Origin: Octopus bimaculoides
Taxonomy: Eukaryota
Assembly: GCF_001194135.2 (NCBI RefSeq)
Contig: NC_068986.1
Span: 22,520,562 to 22,584,561, forward strand
Direction of reading: 5' to 3'
Length of the DNA stretch: 64,000 bases
Numbering within the stretch: position 1 is the first letter of the stretch; every line of letters begins with the position of its first letter. The position numbers were made by a program, and so were the translations under genes. This document shows positions 58,394 through 64,000 of this stretch, one piece after another. The notes under the pieces are model-generated. The model made no database searches. It had not been told where the DNA came from and saw only the letters and a program-made list of their open reading frames with translations.

Positions 58394-60349
58394 TTAACTT
58401 AACATTCCTCTTCTATTCCCATGATGCATTGTAACTTTTAATGAAGCAAAAATAGGTTAGATTGTCGCACACAAATCTCATATTTTAATGATAACAAAAA
58501 CCAATTACTGATATTTAATATGCATGATTCAAGTGGTTATATAACAAGTTATGCAGATATATACTCTCTTCATTCATTACAAGCAAAATACATTGATTGT
58601 TTCAAATTTACCCCAGTGTAGACTGCATATGCCACAGATAACCACAGAAAAAAACAAAGAAAACCAACAAAAAAACAAAATGGAAAAACCCCTGATAAAA
58701 ACAAGAGAGAAAAGAGAATATACTTGTAGGAGTTTGTAAGGATGGGGAGGAGTAATTAAAGATATAATGATGGAAAGTAAATAAATACAAAGACAATAAG
58801 TTCCAACCATAGAAAGAAAAGAACGGATAATAAATTATACTGCCAAAGACAAGGCACTCAATTCTCACGCAGGGCAAGTAGTATAAACCCCTTAGTAACA
58901 ACTTAGCTAAATAATTTCTATTTTGTTTTCTGGACTATAGCATCTTCAAATACAAGATAGTGTAATGTAGGCCATTGCTCTGCAGTTAAATGTAAGGTCA
59001 TACAATGAATTTGAGATAAACATTTATGCTATTCAGATATGCTGTAGAATAAAGTTGTCAGTGTTAAATGTTAATTAATCACAAAAGCAGCTACAATAAT
59101 CATCATCCATCATTTTGAATCCAGTGGATTTTTTTCTCTGTTAACAGGGGTGGCTGGATCTACCTCAATGCTATAGCAACCTCCCTCACCATCTCACCCG
59201 GTTTTGGGCATCCTCCCTTCTCAAACCAACCTTCCCAATCTCCTCCTCCACCTGTCCCCTCCACATTTTCCTTGGTGATAGTGGGGCTTTGAAAGGGGTC
59301 TCAGGGAGTAGCGACCTTGCCTTCCTGAGCTAGTTTTCCACCACATTTCTTAAAAATCGTAGTAGAGGCCTTGGTCTCAGGACCACTCATGTCTAGAAAC
59401 TGAGGTTGGAGATAAGCAAAGGCATGCTCCACATAGAAAATCCAGCTATGAAAAAGCCTCAGCAAAGGAGAAATAACATTAATGATGTTATTTACAATAA
59501 AAGTATTAAATGTAGCTTTAAATTAATAGTAATACTTCCTACTATAGGTACAAGGCCTGACATTTTAGGGAAGGGGGCTGGTCAATTACTTCGACCCCAG
59601 TACTCAACTGATACTTATTTCATCAACCCTGAAAGGATGAAAGGCAGAGTTTGAACTCTGAATGTAAAAACAAATGAAATGCTGCTTTGTATTTTGTCTG
59701 GCATGCTGATAATTCTACCAGATTGACACATTAATATTCTTTTATTTGCTTCAGTCATTTGACTGCAGCCATGCTGGAGCACCACCCTTTGTCAAACAAA
59801 TCAACCCCAGGACTTACTCTTTGTAAGCCTAGTACTTATTCCATTGGTTTATTTTACCAAACCGCTAAGTTATGGGGATGTAAACACACCAGCATCAGTT
59901 GTCAAGCGATGGTGGTGGTGGGGGATAAACACACACACACACACGACTGGCTTCTTTCAGTTTTCATCTATCAANNNNNNNNNNGGATAAACACACACAC
60001 ACACACGACTGGCTTCTTTCAGTTTTCATCTATCAAATCCACTCACAAAGCTTTGGTTTGCCCAAGGTGCTACATAGTGGAACTGAACCTGGGACCATGT
60101 GGTTTGTAAGAAAGCTACTTACCACACAGCCACTCGTAATGTTACTGTAATATTTCGGGAGTGGAGATAAGTTGATTACATTGACCCCAGTGCCCAACTG
60201 GTACTTAATTATTGGACCTGAAAGGCTGAAAGGCAAAATTTGACATTGGTGGAATTTGAACTCAGAATGTAGAGACAGATGAAATACTACTAAACATTTT
60301 GCCCAGTGATTCTGTCTGCTCACTACCTTAAAATTATAAATAGCTATAT

Positions 60350-60790
60350 GAACTAGGACAGATCCGGTTATTAGCTGAAATCATAGTGAAGATTGCCCCA
60401 TCACCCTCCTTTGTCCAGGAGGGGCAGGCAATTTTTATTTTCTGGTGGCTGTAGCGATGGTGGACTTGTTTAAAAGGGCTAAAATCAGACACTTTCCTCT
60501 TTGGCCAAGCCCTCATCAACTTCAAGTTTCACTTGGAGAGGGAACTGTTGCCTTCTGGCAAATTTATTGAAAGGTGGATGAATGTTGGAAGAATGGTCAG
60601 TGTGGAAGGACCAATTCTGAGCGTACACCTGTGAAGAAGTAAAAGGAGAAGGGCTCTTGCCCTGTTGATCAGGTACCTGTAGCTTTTGTGGGTTTTTCCA
60701 CAAGGAACCTTAAAGCACCTCCCCCTATTGGGAGATTTTAATGTTTAATTATTATTGTTTATTTTATTGTTTACATGCATTAAAACCCTT
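60350..60790 (+). mobile_element. 3' fragment of the same L1/Tx1-like family
   Basis: DTFLFGQALINFKFHLERELLPSGKFIERWMNVGRMVSVEGPILSVHL*; resembles 57330-57470; followed by an AT-rich tail. Confidence 0.6.
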
Positions 60791-62371
60791 TGAATCATCT
60801 TGTGTTGTCTTTTATGTTGTGTCATGTCATTTTATGTATATTTATATTAGCCCTTGTGGCTAGTGAAAGAATGAATTATTATTATTGTTATTAATAATAG
60901 CAATGTAACACTACAATGATGATAGTACAAACATTGTTTCTATTACATTATTATTATGGATAACAAGGATGGTAAAGTGTAATGATAAATGATACTGCTA
61001 ATAAAGATAGTGTGGTTATAATTATGCTAAGTGTAGGCTAAAAATTTGACTAGATACCTAATTTCTGATGTATAGACCCATGTAGGAATGATAAACTACT
61101 AAACATATGTAGTGATGTGAAAGAGATAATGCATTACTAGTTCAATAAGTCAATGGAGCAGTGATGGAAATAAATACATAAATAAATAATTAGGTATATG
61201 GTTTAATAATACATACAGAGAACATAAGCATACCATTAAAAAGGGATAATAATTAATGAAAAATAATAAGCAAATTCATGTAAATACATACAAATAAAAT
61301 AAAGAATAAGAAAATATAGTATGAAGAGGGCCACAATTATTACATATAATTCAAGCATAGTAATAATTTGGATTCAAAAGATGGTACCTTGACTTATATG
61401 TCTGAGAATGGTTGGAAAATAGTTTCATACAGTTGGAAAGGGCTTGTTTAACTCTAGAAGTACCAGCATTTATTTCTTCCTACAAGAACCATAGCGGTCA
61501 TTTTTGACTGGCATTGAGAATTTTTATTTGAGACAATTTATTTTGAATATAAGCTAATGCAGTGAATAAAGGATTTAAAAATACAGACTTTTAGCATTTA
61601 TTTACGTACAAAAAAAAAAAGAATAAATAAACTTAATCAAAAGACTAAATCCTTCAGCTATTTAATGCTTTTTTGGGCCTGCAATTGCCTGATTGTGTTA
61701 TCATTTTTAATTGTTCCACTAGATAATAATAGAGTCAATGATATCTTCGCAAATATTTTTTCCTGAATTATTTGCTCTGTATCAAAAAAAATATATATAC
61801 ACATCTACTCGAAATGATGCTCATGATTGCACAGTCAATACAGTTGTAGAAATTAAAAAGTAAAAAGCTAAAATAGTCATAAGTGAGCACTTGGTACTTC
61901 TAGTGTTAAGTGGCACCTCACTTGAGATATTACCTGCATGGCAGTCATTGTTAGTGTGAAAGATGTAATTGTACTGTAAACCTGATTATAGCAAAGATAT
62001 CCTAAAAGCATAGAATATTTGGTAATTTTCAACATAATAAAAGAAATAGTTGATTTGATGGGACATTGTGGTGGATAATAGTTTATATGGTAGTAAGAAG
62101 CTATTGTGAAAGGAGAAATGTAAAAGTAGCTGAATGTTTTTCTTATCTTTCTGTGATTATTTGTGGCTTTGCTTATGCAGTCTAATATATATACAGAGGA
62201 AAATTTGAAATTTCTAATGTATTTCACTTGTAATAACTGAAGAGAATCAATATCTGTGTAACAACTTACACAACTACTTGAAATGTGCGTATTAAATCCA
62301 TTTGAAATAACTGGTTATTATTCATGTGCATACATTATATGTGTGTGTATGTGTATACATATATATTTGTG

Positions 62372-62414
<43 letters not shown>

Positions 62415-62853
62415 ATATATGTAGATATTCTTCTGTCATTTCTTGTGTGTCCNNNNNNNNNNNNNNNNNNNNNNNNNNNNNNNNNNNNNNNNNNNNNNNN
62501 NNNNNNNNNNNNNNNNNNNNNNNNNNNNNNNNNNNNNNNNNNNNNNNNNNNNNNNNNNNNNNNNNNNNNNNNNNNNNNNNNNNNNNNNNNNNNNNNNNNN
62601 NNNNNNNNNNNNNNNNNNNNNNNNNNNNNNNNNNNNNNNNNNNNNNNNNNNNNNNNNNNNNNNNNNNNNNNNNNNNNNNNNNNNNNNNNNNNNNNNNNNN
62701 NNNNNNNNNNNNNNNNNNNNNNNNNNNNNNNNNNNNNNNNNNNNNNNNNNNNNNNNNNNNNNNNNNNNNNNNNNNNNNNNNNNNNNNNNNNNNNNNNNNN
62801 NNNNNNNNNNNNNNNNNNNNNNNNNNNNNNNNGTGTATACATATATATTTGTG

Positions 62854-62896
<43 letters not shown>

Positions 62897-63783
62897 ATAT
62901 ATGTAGATATTCTTCTGTCATTTCTTGTGTGTCCCATGATTTTTTTTGAAGGAGCATGCAACATGTGCATGCTTTTCAGTCTATATATCAGTCTATGTAT
63001 TGACTGAAAAAAAATAATTTTGTTAATTTTTTTCAGAGCTGAAGTTTCACTGCTTGCTTTTAGTAATGAAAGGAAATTTAAGAATGGCAACGTAGGGTAT
63101 ATTTTCCTTGTTTTAGGAAACTGATTTGTCTCAAACACAGATGGAGGACTAAAACTGATTAGAGATGTAAACAAATTTCTGTGATATCACAGATTCCAGT
63201 GTTATCAAAAAAAAAAAAAAATTGGAGCAGTGTTCCTTGAAATCCAATCTATAATATGAGTCACGTGTTGAAATAACTAACCTACTTCTGCTTGAGCAAT
63301 TTCTTAGCAATGAAAGCGTTCTGAAGGAAATGAAATTTAGACTTATTTATTGAAAGGTACATGGTTTGATAAAAAGAATGATAATGAACAACAACAAAAC
63401 TCTGTGACTCAGTTTCAATTTGCATTAAAGACTGCTGCTTCATTTATCTTGCTCAATTCTGTTGGGAATTGTGTAATTGTCACAACTTTTCACTGCAGCT
63501 TCCCTTCAGATATGAAGCATTATGTATATAGTTGTAAGAAAACAAAATTGTATTATAATAGCCTTATTTTTATCTCTTTTTTTGTGACACATGAAACAAA
63601 AATGCTTGCTGGCCTGATAATGAAAGCCAAGAGAATGTTAAGAATGGACTGTAGCTGAGTTAATGAAAGAATGATATGCAGGATATGTAATGGGATCTTG
63701 ATAAAAATATGTATTAGGATATCATATTATATAAAGTAATGTCCATCAAGTGAAAAACATAGAAAGCTATTTGGATTTGTATG

Positions 63784-63818
<35 letters not shown>

Positions 63819-64000
63819 ATAGATATATACATATGTGTATACATACACATTTATACACTCATGCATACATACATCATTTTACATATCTTCATTTACACTG
63901 TTTCATTGAAAATTTTGTCTTTGTTTATATTTTCTGGTAAGCAAATGTTTTGTAGTTTTTAGCATTCAACCTGTGTGGGGCCAATGGAATGAGGGAAGCT

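Noticed and set aside
59923-60036. Identical 52-bp blocks flanking a short N run
   Set aside because: Same scaffolding overlap artefact.
62351-62934. Identical blocks of about 100 bp on both sides of an N gap
   Set aside because: This is the typical unmerged contig-overlap artefact, not a biological repeat.

Overview
This is AT-rich animal genomic DNA from a gapped draft assembly. The repeat families resemble those of a coleoid cephalopod, probably Octopus (inference). Two spliced protein-coding genes converge. (1) On +, the 3' 11 coding exons (2706-28825, 840 aa inside the window; the 5' end lies upstream) of a ZCCHC2/ZCCHC14-family protein: PX-like segment, long low-complexity region with a His/Gln tract, CxxCGC motif and C-terminal CCHC knuckle, but no SAM domain seen. 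(2) On -, a complete 8-exon NOB1 gene (50695-38955, 419 aa; PIN nuclease plus Zn ribbon). All exons were read by hand with GT-AG borders and consistent phases. The rest is mostly transposon debris: RTE LINEs and their SINE partners, L1/Tx1-like LINE relics, Tigger, maT, mariner, hAT and piggyBac MITEs, and a fully bounded Merlin element with TIRs and a perfect 8-bp TSD. The best leads are the CpG-rich region divergent from NOB1 (ETS-CRE/YY1 promoter, box C/D snoRNA candidate, duplicated exon-like unit, together a possible snoRNA host), a possible duplicated terminal exon of the ZCCHC gene, and an orphan promoter-like cluster beside a decayed coding-like region at 33-35.5 kb. These leads are hypotheses. 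No database searches were run.
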